A stretch of 64,000 nt of DNA from Antedon mediterranea (taxonomy: Eukaryota; Animalia; Echinodermata): positions 5,890,001 through 5,954,000 of the forward strand of contig NC_092671.1 of assembly GCF_964355755.1 (NCBI RefSeq), given 5' to 3'. The position numbers and the translations under genes are program-made. The notes beneath the pieces are model-generated. The model had not been told where the DNA came from. It made no database searches and saw only the letters and a program-made list of their open reading frames with translations. Below, one piece after another: positions 11,601-23,468 of the stretch (position 1 is the stretch's first letter; every line of letters starts with the position of its first letter).

Positions 11601-14600
11601 GTCCGTTCCTGTATGTAATCGTAAGTATTTATACCTACAGTGCATTTTATATTATGTCAGGCAGATGAAGAGTGGAGTGGGTCCGTTCCTGTATGTAATC
11701 GTAAGTATTTATACCTACAGTGCATTTTATATTATGTCAGGCAGATGAAGAGTGGAGTGGGTCCGTTCCTGTATGTAATCGTAAGTATTTATACCTACAG
11801 TGCATTTTATATTATGCCAGGCAGATGAAGAGTGGAGTGGGTCCGTTCCTGTATGTAATCGTAAGTATTTATACCTACAGTGCATTTTATATTATGCCAG
11901 GCAGATGCAGAGTGGAGTGGGTCCGTTCCTGTATGTAATTGTAAGTATTTATACCTACAGTGCATTTTATATTATGCCAGGCAGATGAAGAGTGGAGTGG
12001 GTCCGTTCCTGTATGTAATCGTAAGTATTTATACCTACAGTGCATTTTATATTATGCCAGGCAGATGAAGAGTGGAGTGGGTCCGTTCCTGTATGTAATC
12101 GTAAGTATTTATACCTACAGTGCATTTTATATTATGCCAGGCAGATGAAGAGTGGAGTGGGTCCGTTCCTGTATGTAATCGTAAGTATTTATACCTACAG
12201 TGCATTTTATATTATGCCAGGCAGATGAAGAGTGGAGTGGGTCCGTTCCTGTATGTAATCGTAAGTATTTATACCTACAGTGCATTTTATATTATGCCAG
12301 GCAGATGAAGAGTGGAGTGGGTTTGTGGGTGGGTTCTAACATGGAGTAATCTTTACTCCATGGTTCTAACAACATGATCATGCCAATTTAAATAAACAAT
12401 ACTTTTTTTCATTAGCAATTAGATGTCCATTTATACCAGAACCCGAAGATGGTTATTTGTTTGGAACAGAATATACATATGGCAAAACAATCAGGATTAA
12501 TTGTAATAGCGGGTTTGTAGTGACTGGAACTAATTTGCAATTGGTTAAAGCTACCTGTCAAGCGGACGCAACATGGAATCACAGCCCACAGACATGCGAA
12601 GGTACAGTACCTTTATATGAATGATTTATTAATTTAAGTTCAGACTAAGTTTAGTGGAGCTGTAGCTTGGTGGTTAACATGCTTGCCTTCCAATCCCAGG
12701 GTTCAACTTCAATCCTGTTGTGCCAGGGTTGTAACTCACGACTCTTTCAACTCCACTTCCTAAGCCTCAAATGAGTCTTAGTTTATAAGCACCGTAATAG
12801 CACCAAAAAATAGTTCCTGTAATTGGCGAGTTACTCGCAGTTGGATGTGTATGAAATAAGATAAAAAAGTTAGCACTGTCGGGTACAGTATGATTTTTTG
12901 ACTTTGGTATTGTTAGCATTGTACATTTCAATGTTGTACCTTAATATTATATACTGTATAACAGCAATATACTTCTGATGATACAGTACTTATGATGACC
13001 AGTGATACTGAACACAATAACAATCTGTCCAGATATATATCCCAACTTTTATCAATTTTAATTTCAACACTCCCTGCTTCCAGCAAGTAAAATATGAATC
13101 TAAGGAAAATGTGTGTAATCTTCTTTTTTCATAAAATACATTTAACTGATTTAAGCTGTGAACTGTGGAAACCCAGGAACACCTTTGAACGGTACACGGA
13201 ATGGAGATGACTTTGGTTATGAAGGCTATATAGTGTTTAGTTGTGATGATGGTTTTAGAATTGAAGGAATAGCATCTATATATTGCGAAGCAGATAACCA
13301 GTGGTCAGAGCCTCTTCCAAAATGCATAGGTAAGTACAGTAGGTCCCCCTCCTTTGCAACACCCCTATTCAAAGAACAACCATATAAGGGAACACTTTGA
13401 TGGGTCAAAGCTAATAGTAAAAGTACAATGCACATTTATACAGTAATAAGTACAGTATGGACAATTCTCACAATTTCTCACTGCATTCAATGAATAACAC
13501 CAAAGTTAACATCCACACCGCACAAAATGGAACTCATTCCTTAATATCTGTCTACACTATCAAACTAGTTTGACAAAAAAAGTGTGATGTGCCCAAATAT
13601 GGTAGTAATATGACCATATATGGCACATCACATTTTTTTGTCACATAAAGTTTGATAGTGTAGACTGAGCTTTACACAGTTGATTATTAAACATAACAAA
13701 TTTATCATGCATTATTACTAATTTATTCCTCTTTTTATTTCATACAGGGCAATGCATTTTACCTGAAATTCCAGAAAACCTCAACCTCATTTCGAAATAC
13801 ATTGTTGGAGAACGAGTAGATGAAGGAACACAGTACAGTATAAGTTGTAAAGATGGGTACACGTTGAACTCTGACACAAACTTGTGGACGTGTCTTGCTA
13901 CAGGACTAATGTCATTTAATCCTGTTTGTACTGAAGGTATGTAAATTGATGTTTACTTTACAGTAGCCACTCATTTATTTTCAATAGATGTGGAAAGCAT
14001 ATGTACCATCAAATTGGAACATACCATGCAAGCCCAGTGGTCTAACAGAGCCGCAAAAATCAAGCTGATTCTTTCTTACTGTTCACATATCATTCAACAG
14101 TACAGAGTTCTCTCTTTATACATAACCTGTTTCCATTTCAAGCTGCTTCTTTCTTACTGTTCCACATTGTCATTCAACACTACAGAGTTCTGTCTTCATA
14201 CATAACCTGTTTCCATTTCAAGCTGCTTCTTTCTTACTGTTCCACATTGTCATTCAACAGTACAGAGTTCTCTCTTCATACATACCCTGTTTCCATTTCA
14301 AGCTGCTTCTTTCTTACTGTTCCACATTGTCATTCAACAGTACAGAGTTCTGTCTTCATACATAACCTGTTTCCATTTCAAGCTGCTTCTTTCTTACTGT
14401 TCCACATTGTCATTCAACAGTACAGAGTTCTCTCTTCATACATACCCTGTTTCCATTTAAAGCTGCTTCTTTCTTACTGTTCCACATTGTCATTCAACAG
14501 TACAGAGTTCTGTCTTCATACATAACCTGTTTTTTTTTTCAGATCCCTGTGACGCATTAGAAGTAATTGAAAATGGTGCAATAGAATACTCCAACACACA

Positions 14601-17600
14601 AAATGATGAAGGTTTATTTTTGCCTGGGACAGTTGCAACTTACTCTTGTATTGTAGGATATGAAGTAACTGATGGAGATACAATAAGAACTTGTCAACTA
14701 GGCAATTTCATAAGAGAAGAAGTAACTTGTACAATAAGTAAGAAGGATCATTTTAGTATGTTAGTAAGAGATTGTATGACTGCTGCTTAAGCTCTGTCTC
14801 AGCCTACACTATCAAACTTGACAAAAAACGTGTGTTGTGCTCAAATATGGTATGACATCATCATGTCCATATATGGGCACATCATATTTTGTTCTCACAT
14901 AAAGTTTGATAGTGCAGACAGAGCTTTCCATCTGGTTTACATACAGCACATGGTAAAATCGCTTATTACTGACAACTGCACGGATTGATGAAATGAGTGA
15001 AATTTGTCTCACATCTAGAGATCAATTGATAACTACTGTAGTAGACATAAAAACATAGTCGTTTAATACTCTTTACATAACCTTTTGTTTGTTTTTTAGA
15101 AAGAAGGTCTGGCAAAAAACTAAACAATATAGAAAATGATTGAAAATATGTTTGACTACCGTATATGCAATGCATTATGTTATTCTTTTATTTTACAGCA
15201 ACATGTGATGTACCTCAAATTGATAACGGTTATCCAGTTGACAATCCTGTCACAGTTAACCATGACGATTACGTCATTTACAATTGTGACTCTGGATATA
15301 CCGTCAGTCCCTCATCTGTAGCATATTGTTTTGATAAAGTATTAACACCTCCAATATGTATTGAAGGTAATTATTTAAAACTCATGGTACATAACATATA
15401 CATAGTTCCTATTCATACAACTGGTTAAAAATTTTGACATAGATCTTGTCATAAACATGAATTATTAACCATTAAATCCTCATTTCCCTCAAGAAAATGT
15501 GTTTTTGATATTACTATTTTGATGATCTTATTAGATTTTGTGTGCAGTGCAGCTTACGTTTCGAAATGGTTATAAATCACAGAACACTGATTATGAACGC
15601 ACACACTGAATATGAGCATGCTATGCTAAATGTTTATACACTCAACTGTCCCAATAACGGACTCTCTGAAAACCCAATACTAGACTTTTCTTGTCCAAAC
15701 AGTCCCAAATTCGTTTTTACCATTAATAACACATTCCCAATACCAGACTTTTCAGAAAACCATATTTGGCCAGCCCAAAGGTGTCCAGTATTGGGAGAGT
15801 TAACTGTAGTATGTACAGGTATTTGAAAGAAAATTGATATTTCACATGAGTTCAAACGACTCCTTAGTGAAAGTTTGATAATTAATAATGATAATATAAT
15901 AATTACAGATCCATGTTCCAGCGTTTCACCGATTAGCGATGGTGAAATCATATACAGTTCAACGCAAGATGCCAGTGGAATGTTTCCACCTCAAACTACC
16001 GTTACATACCAGTGTGACGAAGGCTACAAGATAAGTCCAGATACATCTAAGGAAAGAGTATGTGCTAAAGGAGAATTTTTACCAGAAAATTCCCCAGAAT
16101 GTTTGTTAAGTATGTTTTGAATTAAATTGATTATATACTTAATACTAATGTTTACAAGTTGAAAATATTAGGAAACATTCATTATTTCTACTATTTCTAT
16201 AGTAATAACTGTAAGTTTTTAAGACTCTGTCACCTACTGTGATTGGATGGCATTAGCAAATAGATGTTCTTCATCCAAGTATGGTCATTTATATAATATG
16301 TAGATAGTTAGTTTTTTAGATTAAATTTTCACTGTAACTGAATTCTTTTGTTATTGTTTAGCAACATGTGATACTCAATCTATCAGTAATGGAAAAGTGG
16401 CCAATGGCACGGCTACCGTATACCACGGAATGACAGTTGAATGGAGTTGCAACATGGGATACGAGTCAGAAGATGAGTTGGATTATATAACATGCTGGAA
16501 TGAAACGTTTGTACCCTATTTACCAAGTTGCACAGAGAGTAAGTAGTTGCACATGTAGCGTTTGAACAAACCCCCTCACAGTCTGTAAGAGTTTTCAGGT
16601 GCTAGCTTTGGCCAATTCTGTCCATTGGTACTACAGTAGGTCAACACAAAACAATGGAGATATCAACTCAGCTTTACTGTTAGCTTATGCTAAATGAACT
16701 CTGCTCTTTTTTGGGTGAGCTGTTTAACAATCCTGCCTTGATATGTTAACGACATTATGTTTTTTTTCTAATGAATGTCAATTTTAAACACATGTATATA
16801 TGGTTAGGACATCTGCATATCAAGCAGAAGGTCCGGGTTTGATTCTCTATGATATATGTATCAATTTTTTCTATGTGCAGAGCCTTGTCCCGAGATTACA
16901 GAAAATGTCAAAGTGGTATACAACCAGGGTGATAATAATGGAACCTTCCCACCCAATACAATAGCAAATTGGAAGACTACAGAATCAGAAGTTGTGGATG
17001 ATGGTATATCTGTATTGAAAGTGTGTTCCTATACTGCTGTCTGTAGTCTAGGCTCTTTTGAGAAAACAAAGACTTGTATAAGTAAGTAATATCAATTTAA
17101 ACATTTAGTTACTTTTTTAACACATTTAAATTAAAACAAACACAATTAAAACAAACATAGCTACCATTCATACCTGTACACTACACTACAGGTTTCCATA
17201 TTTTGATTTTCATTTAGCTAAGTTATTCAATATGAATTCAGAGTCAAATATCAAAGTGGTATACAATCCGGATGATCTAATGTTAATCTCAGAGAATATA
17301 AACAATCTATTTTTACTACAGCAACCTGCCCACGTTTTGAAATACCGCATGCTGATGTGACGTACCACCCACATTCTCGTGAAATATTTTCAAAATCAAA
17401 ACGAAAGGTTAGATGCCAGAATCCTTATAGGATGCAAGACTCAACATTGAAAGAAAGTACTTGCTTAGACAATGGAGAATGGTCATCGGAAACACCATCA
17501 TGTGTTCTAGGTAAAAATGGTTAATTAACCACTATGATGATCAAGGGTTGCATTTAATACTTATAAAATAGGAAAGGTTTTTTGTAATTGTTCATATCAC

Positions 17601-20256
17601 AGACTGTGTACTTTTCTTTAAAAAAAAGCATTAAACATTAAAACAAATCATTTTTGGTTGAGATATTACAATATAATTTAACTCACCCAATAACAAAAAG
17701 CCTTGATAGCCTCAAGTAATGTTAAAATATTGTTGTGATCGTGAACAATTTCATTTATTTAAAATCAGTTTTTATTGTATATATGAAATATTTTTTATAT
17801 TTATTTTCTATTTAAAAAAAAAAATTTCCGTGTATTTTAAACTGCAGCGTATTAACAATTTTTCCGGTTTTTAATTTTTGAATGAATTAGACCAATAAAA
17901 GATAAATTGAATTGTTATAGATAGATACAAATATAAACAACTGTGGTTATACTACGTATTTCTTATGTCTCATCCTTTTTCTACAGGGTGCATTGTACTT
18001 GGTCCTCCACAAAATGGTCGTTTGGTATCAGAAATTCTGGAAGGTTATAAAATACTGGATGATAGAACTATTATTCACGAATGTTTTGCTAATTACTTCT
18101 TAGTAGGAGAAAATAAAACAAGTTGCATGTTGGATAATGCAGTTTTACATCAACCACAATGTGTACATGGTGAGCACCATATAAACTATACACTCACTGA
18201 GATACAAATTATCATTAGTTACAATGCTCCATGGTTATAACAATAAAAATAATTAAAGCTAAACTGCCATAAAGGCGCATTTATACTACTCACGATTGAC
18301 GATAAGTTGATAAATAAGCGTTTTTCCTACAGAAATTGTAATAAATCAAAAAGGTTTTCATCCTAGAACTATAGGACAACCATTTACGCTGTCCATGTTG
18401 ATTTGAAAGAGTAATATTATCGTGACAATACAAAGATTTTATTGTTCTTATTGATCATGACGTCATTTGATTGGATACATATTACCTAAAAGACAGATTG
18501 TATAGTTAAATCAAAAGAAAGAAAATCAAAACAAAAAATAGCCTCTATAATTATAGATACAATTAATTATGTTTTTTATGTTTCTTTGTTTGTACAGAAA
18601 GTAACTATACTAGCGGTAAATACTGTCCAATACTTCGGAACAAAGAATTTGGATGGTATGACTATTCAGACAGTTTGAATGAGGGCAGTGTTGTACGGTT
18701 TGGTTGTACTCATCAGTACATATCGAGCATCCCTGCTTTCCAGAGGGAATGTAGACAAGATGATACTGGTCGTTTTGACTGGTACCCACTAATTACAGAA
18801 GAGCCTGTATGCAGGGAATCAAGTAAGTAAACATCGTCATTGCTAGCCATTCTCAACCCACTGCAGAGTGAAGGCCTCTCCAAGTTCAATCCATAACTCT
18901 CTATTTTATGCTGTTCTCACTGCCACATTATACATTTTCTTGGGAAATTTCCTCTTGCCATCTCACTTCAGGCCTTCCTTTGGTGTCTTACACTTTCTTG
19001 GTATCCAATCAGTGACAGCTTTTGTCCATCTATCATCTGTCTGCCATGCTATCTTTCACTATATCTATAAACTTTGTGTGCCTTTGGATCCAGACACTAG
19101 TTTTCCTATCATGTTTTTATCCTCATTGTTTTAGACTGCCGTGACTTAGAAGAAGACAGAGCAACTTTGTCATCTTCTGCAGGTAACAGTCTTAACAGCT
19201 GGATAAATACCCGTCATTCAGTTGAGTTTCAGCCAGATAGCACAGGCAGTGAACCCTTGCTTCAAATTCAGTTTAACAACATCAAAGCAGTGTCTGGTGT
19301 TGTGCTCAAGTCAAGTAAACGGGCCTGGGTCACTCTGTACCGTGTCGAATACAAGAGTGAGGATGGAACATGGAAAGTTATCAAGAACAATGTTGGTGAT
19401 GATGTGGTATGGCAAATGCATTTCGATTTAGCTTGCTTAATAGAGAGGTTTCGCAACACTATGAATACGATGACGAAAACAGATACGTCACGCACACATA
19501 TTCGTTTCGTAAGCCAGTAAAAATCTGTCTGGCATTTTAGTAAATTACTTTTACTTTCAATAAATCTATAATTATATTATAATCATGAATCATTCCTGAT
19601 TCAAATGCAAAATGTGCAAAAATATATCAAAAACTATACTCGTTTTGTAGTTACAAATATGACTGGTGATATTCGTCGACACGAATAGGCTTTACGAATA
19701 TGAAATAGGGATCAGCTCAAAAGTTTCACAAATGTGTGACTTATCCATTTTCGTTATCGTATTCGTAATGTTACAAAACCTCCCTATTAGTAACTTAAAA
19801 TAAACAATACAGTTTGTTGAACAAGAGTATTTATTTTTAATTACATATATGCATCAATGCCATTCAATTAAACAAACCACACAATCATTACTTTTACTCA
19901 AATTCAATTAAAACTATAACTTTAATAGACGACCCTTTTATAAATCTTATCTCCATCCAGGAAACTCTTTCCATCTATGAAGGGCATTTGGTGCCAAAAT
20001 ATGGGTAGAAAAGTTGTATTAAGTATGGCTGTGTACTTGTTTTACCAATTAACTGTTATCTAAACAAACAAAATCTTTTCTGGATAAATTCTCTTTTTAG
20101 AAATTCTTGGGGAATATTAACAAAAACATGGCTGTGGCACAAACATTTCCTCAAGACATTACTACTGATGCTTTGAGAATCTATCCACTGAAAAGCTACG
20201 ATGAAATTGCCATGAAGATCGAAATACTTATATGCCAAGCCACATGTAAATACTAA
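8694..20256 (+). CDS. Secreted LEV-9-like protein: signal peptide + WAP-like domain + 14 sushi/CCP domains + C-terminal F5/8 type C (discoidin) domain, ~1108 aa
   Basis: 18 exons: 8694-8745 (MSIPPVFYVFVLLLFVT), 8953-9111 (WAP-like C..RRCRCDDICGTVC), CCP exons 9451-9657, 10582-10800, 10967-11140, 12416-12601, 13156-13329, 13748-13936, 14543-14737, 15199-15366, 15909-16109, 16362-16538, 16881-17081, 17322-17510, 17987-18169, 18598-18822, and F5/8C exons 19135-19406 and 20101-20256 (LQIQFNNIKAVSGVVLK...YRVEYKSEDGTW...KFLGN...ALRIYPL...MKIEILIC). All domain exons are phase 1-1 and the frame stays open. An alternative end splicing from 20245 to 20363 is possible. Confidence 0.88.
9695..9863. mobile_element. 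PIF/Harbinger-like MITE
   Basis: TGCTTGGTTCTCACTAGCAATGTAA ... TTGCGTTCTAGTGGGAACCACACT, imperfect TIRs flanked by TAA. Confidence 0.6.
11101..12320 (+). repeat. Tandem repeat with an exact 80-bp period, 15 copies plus a partial one, spanning an exon 3' end and 5' splice site
   Basis: Unit GCAGATGAAGAGTGGAGTGGGTCCGTTCCTGTATGTAATC|GTAAGTATTTATACCTACAGTGCATTTTATATTATGYCAG starts at 11101, 11181 ... 12221; the partial copy starts at 12301. Confidence 0.97.
12653..12868 (+). mobile_element. tRNA-derived SINE (family S2)
   Basis: AGTGGAGCTGTAGCTTGGTGGTTAACATGCTTGCCTTCCAATCCCAGGGTTCAA.. head and body AACTCCACTTCCTAAGCCTCAAATGAG; shared with 23812-23960 and a truncated copy at ~33326-33450. Confidence 0.8.
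13544..13671. mobile_element. MITE family A copy
   Basis: TCTGTCTACACTATCAAAC ... GTTTGATAGTGTAGACTGAGCT, flanked by TTA on both sides (3-bp TWA TSD typical of PIF/Harbinger). Confidence 0.82.
14061..14532. repeat. Intronic tandem repeat, 80-bp period, ~6 copies, abutting the acceptor of exon 14543
   Basis: TACAGAGTTC recurs at 14101, 14181, 14261, 14341, 14421 and 14501. Confidence 0.95.
14790..14925. mobile_element. MITE family A copy
   Basis: AGCTCTGTCT..CTACACTATCAAAC ... GTTTGATAGTGCAGACAGAGCT. Confidence 0.8.
15638..15808. mobile_element. Tc1/mariner-type (TA TSD) MITE; related decayed copies near 3875-4150, 46476-46790 and 61430-61615
   Basis: TACACTCAACTGTCCCAATAACGGAC ... GTCCAGTATTGGGAGAGTTAACTGTA inverted ends; the reverse complement of the interior recurs at 46476-46640. 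Confidence 0.65.
19438..19790. mobile_element. MITE family C, internally deleted copy
   Basis: ~50-bp TIRs TAATAGAGAGGTTTCGCAAC..GAATACGATGACGAAAAC / TTTTCGTTATCGTATTCGTAA..AAAACCTCCCTATTAG; the interior is the reverse complement of the 51830-52349 copy. Confidence 0.85.
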
Positions 20257-20645
20257 ACATATTTAACATATTTTTATTATTTATTTTTTTATTTTTGTGT
20301 ATTATTAATACATTTTCCGCATCCCCCATGCCAATGAAAATAAATTATTTTTATTCTTATAGATGTTATAAAGAACTAGTAAAGAACTAGTAAAGAATGT
20401 GAACCAACCAAGTCCGCATTTTGTGTTATTTGTATGTAAACAATTGGATAGAAACTTTGCAAGCATGTTTCTGCATCCTGGTTATTATAAGGGAGGTGTA
20501 CAATTGTGAATCAACATTAGTCTCGGTGTGTGCTTAAACACCCTTTTAACGTTCTCTATTGTAGCTTTGTATGCATTAATGGCAATTTCTGTAGGTCTTT
20601 TTTTTTTTACAATTGACATAGAAATAAAGACAGTTGTATTTACTT

Positions 20646-20842
20646 CTTCTAGATTGTTTATTTTGCGTTTTGTTAACATCGACAACAACCACAAAATAAA
20701 TTGTATTTACTAAAATCCAATATCAAATATTGTTAATATAAACACAATTTTATTGGTTATTTTTTCTAGGTTGTTTATTTTGCATTTTGTTAACATCGAC
20801 AACAACAAAGTAAATTGTATTTACTAAAATCTAATATCTAAT
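20646..20842. repeat. Local tandem duplication (~118-bp period, 2 copies)
   Basis: TTCTAG(A/G)TTGTTTATTTTGC.TTTTGTTAACATCGACAACAAC..TAAATTGTATTTACTAAAATC.AATATC occurs twice. Confidence 0.8.
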
Positions 20843-22040
20843 TTACAGTGTCCATGATAATAAAACAATTTTGTTTTATTTAGCATAACCATTCTACCTT
20901 TTTAACACAATGGCATTTTTATTTTGATTTCTTGGATTCCAAATATCCCAAAACATTCTACAGTACATAGTTTCAAAGAAATTTATCATCTACTAAAAGT
21001 GCAAATAAGCTAATTTATGAAACGGGCCTGTTTATACAATAATTACGAGTAAATAAGTAATGCAAAAGATGTCATTTCTACAGTATACTAAACTAATATA
21101 TCTGCTGATACAACGTAACACACATAGTGGACTTTAGCATTAAACAATTGACTAATTAAAATTTACATACAATCAATGTTTAGTATGTTTTGGTGTGTCT
21201 ATGCTCGTAATTCATTAATAAAATACTGTACTCAGCTGCAGTAATAGAATTTGAAATATTTAGGCACTTTAAAAAAAATGAAAAATGCATTTATTTAGGA
21301 TTTAGAGTTTCTCAACTACTAAAATATAATTTGTTTTTATAATATAGATATATATTGTTTCATAAAAATAAAGTTAGTATATATATGTATATGACTTTAT
21401 TTTATTGGTAATTTTTTTTCAATATAATCATTTTCTACAGTAATTTATTCAAAATTCATTTTTAGCAAAATGTTTAAAAGGCATTTCTAAGCTGGTTATA
21501 GCTTTTCCAGTGGTTTGGCACACAACTATATTGAATTACAGTATATACAAAGTAATGTTCATTTAAATAATTTGAATTTAAAGCAATAAGGAGTATTAAT
21601 ATTGACATGGAAAAATTAAGCTAATTAATGTGTATAGGTAATATTCCTAAAAGTATCACATATGTAGTAAGACAATGGAGACAGAATCAACCAAATTGAA
21701 CCCTACAACAGAAAACCTCAACCAAATTCTTGGCATTACCACCCTAAGCTGTTCATGACAACACCGGGTCCAAGTACCACAATTATACTCCCTAAAATAT
21801 CATAATCTACCACTATTTACTAAACCTCATAATAATGTTGTTTTAATTGCCTAAATAAATCTTTTATTAGTCCATTCAGTAACGTACATACTCTGCACTG
21901 CAGATTGTATTATGAGACTATAGATAAATTGTCATTATCATTAATAGTAAGCAATAGTTTTGGGATGGTAGACCAAATCAAAGATGGTTCAGAGGCATAT
22001 AAATCATAAATTACTGATGCGCATCCCCAAACAATGTTTA

Positions 22041-22387
22041 GTATACGGCTTTACCACGTTGAAACACCGGTTCTCGTCAGATCACCGAAGTTAAGCAACG
22101 TTGGGCCTGGTTAGAGCTTGGATGAGAGACCATCTGGGAATAGCGGGTGCTGTATACGGAGCTGGGGTCCCGTTAGGCATTTGAAATCAGTACTGCTGAC
22201 TCTTATGGCAGCCCCTGCATCTAGTATCTGCCTCAGACCTCTGGTCAAGTTGGGCACTGGACGAGAGAAGCCCTTGATCAATGTCAGGACCAATCAAGGT
22301 GCTTTAAACAGTCCTGGCTTTGTTTGTATCAAACCTGTTAGTGGCGGTAATTATCGCTGTTGGTTTCGATTGAATAAAATAAAATAA
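22041..22387 (+). mobile_element. 5S rRNA-derived element (SINE3-like): 5S head 22041-22157 + unique body + (AATAA)n tail
   Basis: 22041-22157 reads GTATACGGCTTTACCACGTTGAAACACCGGTTCTCGTCAGATCACCGAAGTTAAGCAACG...GGGAATAGCGGGTGCTGTATAC, a full-length 5S rRNA-like sequence. There is no oligo-T Pol III terminator after it. A ~215-bp GC-richer body follows and ends in TGAATAAAATAAAATAA. Confidence 0.75.
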
Positions 22388-23308
22388 TCTCAATATCTTA
22401 ATAACTAAAATTGGAATAAAAATATTAAACAACATGCCTACAGACATGAAAACTATTGTTAAATCTACATAAAATGAATACAAACTCAGAATAGGTCTCT
22501 GGGTATATTCCATGTAAATTTTTTTAATTGATGTTAAAATGTTTGAGAAAATAATGAACAAAAATTAATGGATTATTTTTTATCAATAAAAAGTCTTTGC
22601 AAGTTAACAAACCTAATATATTCATCATCATTAGCATACTTTTCAATTCACAGCATCTGATTGGATAATAACCATGATATATACACAAATATTAACTGGG
22701 GGTTTAAAATACAGCCCATCTTGGGACATATCCCATATAGTATATACTCTAGATCGTGGGTTAATTTGAACCAGTCACCCTCACCCCAGTCAATATTTGT
22801 TTAACATGCGCTGTCCATCGCCCAACACCACCCCCATTATAAGCCTACACGAAACAGCCACATGGTTAACTATAATTAATTATACTTTCCTAATTAAAAA
22901 TTACACATTATGTAATTTAGATGTACTGTATATAATATTATACAACACTATAAAATAGCCTTTTGCTGATTATAGTCTATGTGTGGCATCTACAGAAACC
23001 GTATTCTGGCTTACATATAAATTTGTCAATATTAGGTAAAATTATTTTAGCATAACCAAAGATAATATAAACACAATATAGTGTAGCCTCCTGGCAGGGA
23101 AAGAGGAAGACTACACTTGTATACCGTAAAAAGCCCATGGGCTTCTTTTTGAGGTTGGCTTCAGTGAGATTCTTTTCTAGGTTTGACGGTATCAAGTAGC
23201 AGCCGCATTCAAATACATTTATTGGTGAAAGGATTCATTGTATTCATAGGAGTATGAATTATTACATTATCTTTGGTATAACTTGTCACCAATAACAATA
23301 TAGCTTGC

Positions 23309-23468
23309 AGCTCTGTCTACACTATCAAACTAGTTTGACAAAAAAGTGTGATGTGCCCAACTATGGTAATGATATGCCTATATATAGTAGTGATATGACA
23401 TCATCATATCCATATATGGGCACATCACATTTTTTTGTCACATGAAGTTTGATATTGTAGACAAGGCT
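23309..23468. mobile_element. MITE family A copy directly abutting the SHFL stop codon
   Basis: AGCTCTGTCTACACTATCAAAC ... GTTTGATATTGTAGACAAGGCT, followed by TTA (23469-23471). Confidence 0.85.

Noticed and set aside
11101-12320. CRISPR-like regular array
   Set aside because: The units are near-identical end to end with no unique spacers; the context is eukaryotic and has no cas genes.
22041-22157. Functional 5S rRNA gene
   Set aside because: Single copy here, altered box C region and no oligo-T terminator; it continues into a SINE-like body and tail.
22118-22387. 89-aa ORF
   Set aside because: It lies wholly within the 5S-derived element and shows no recognisable protein features.
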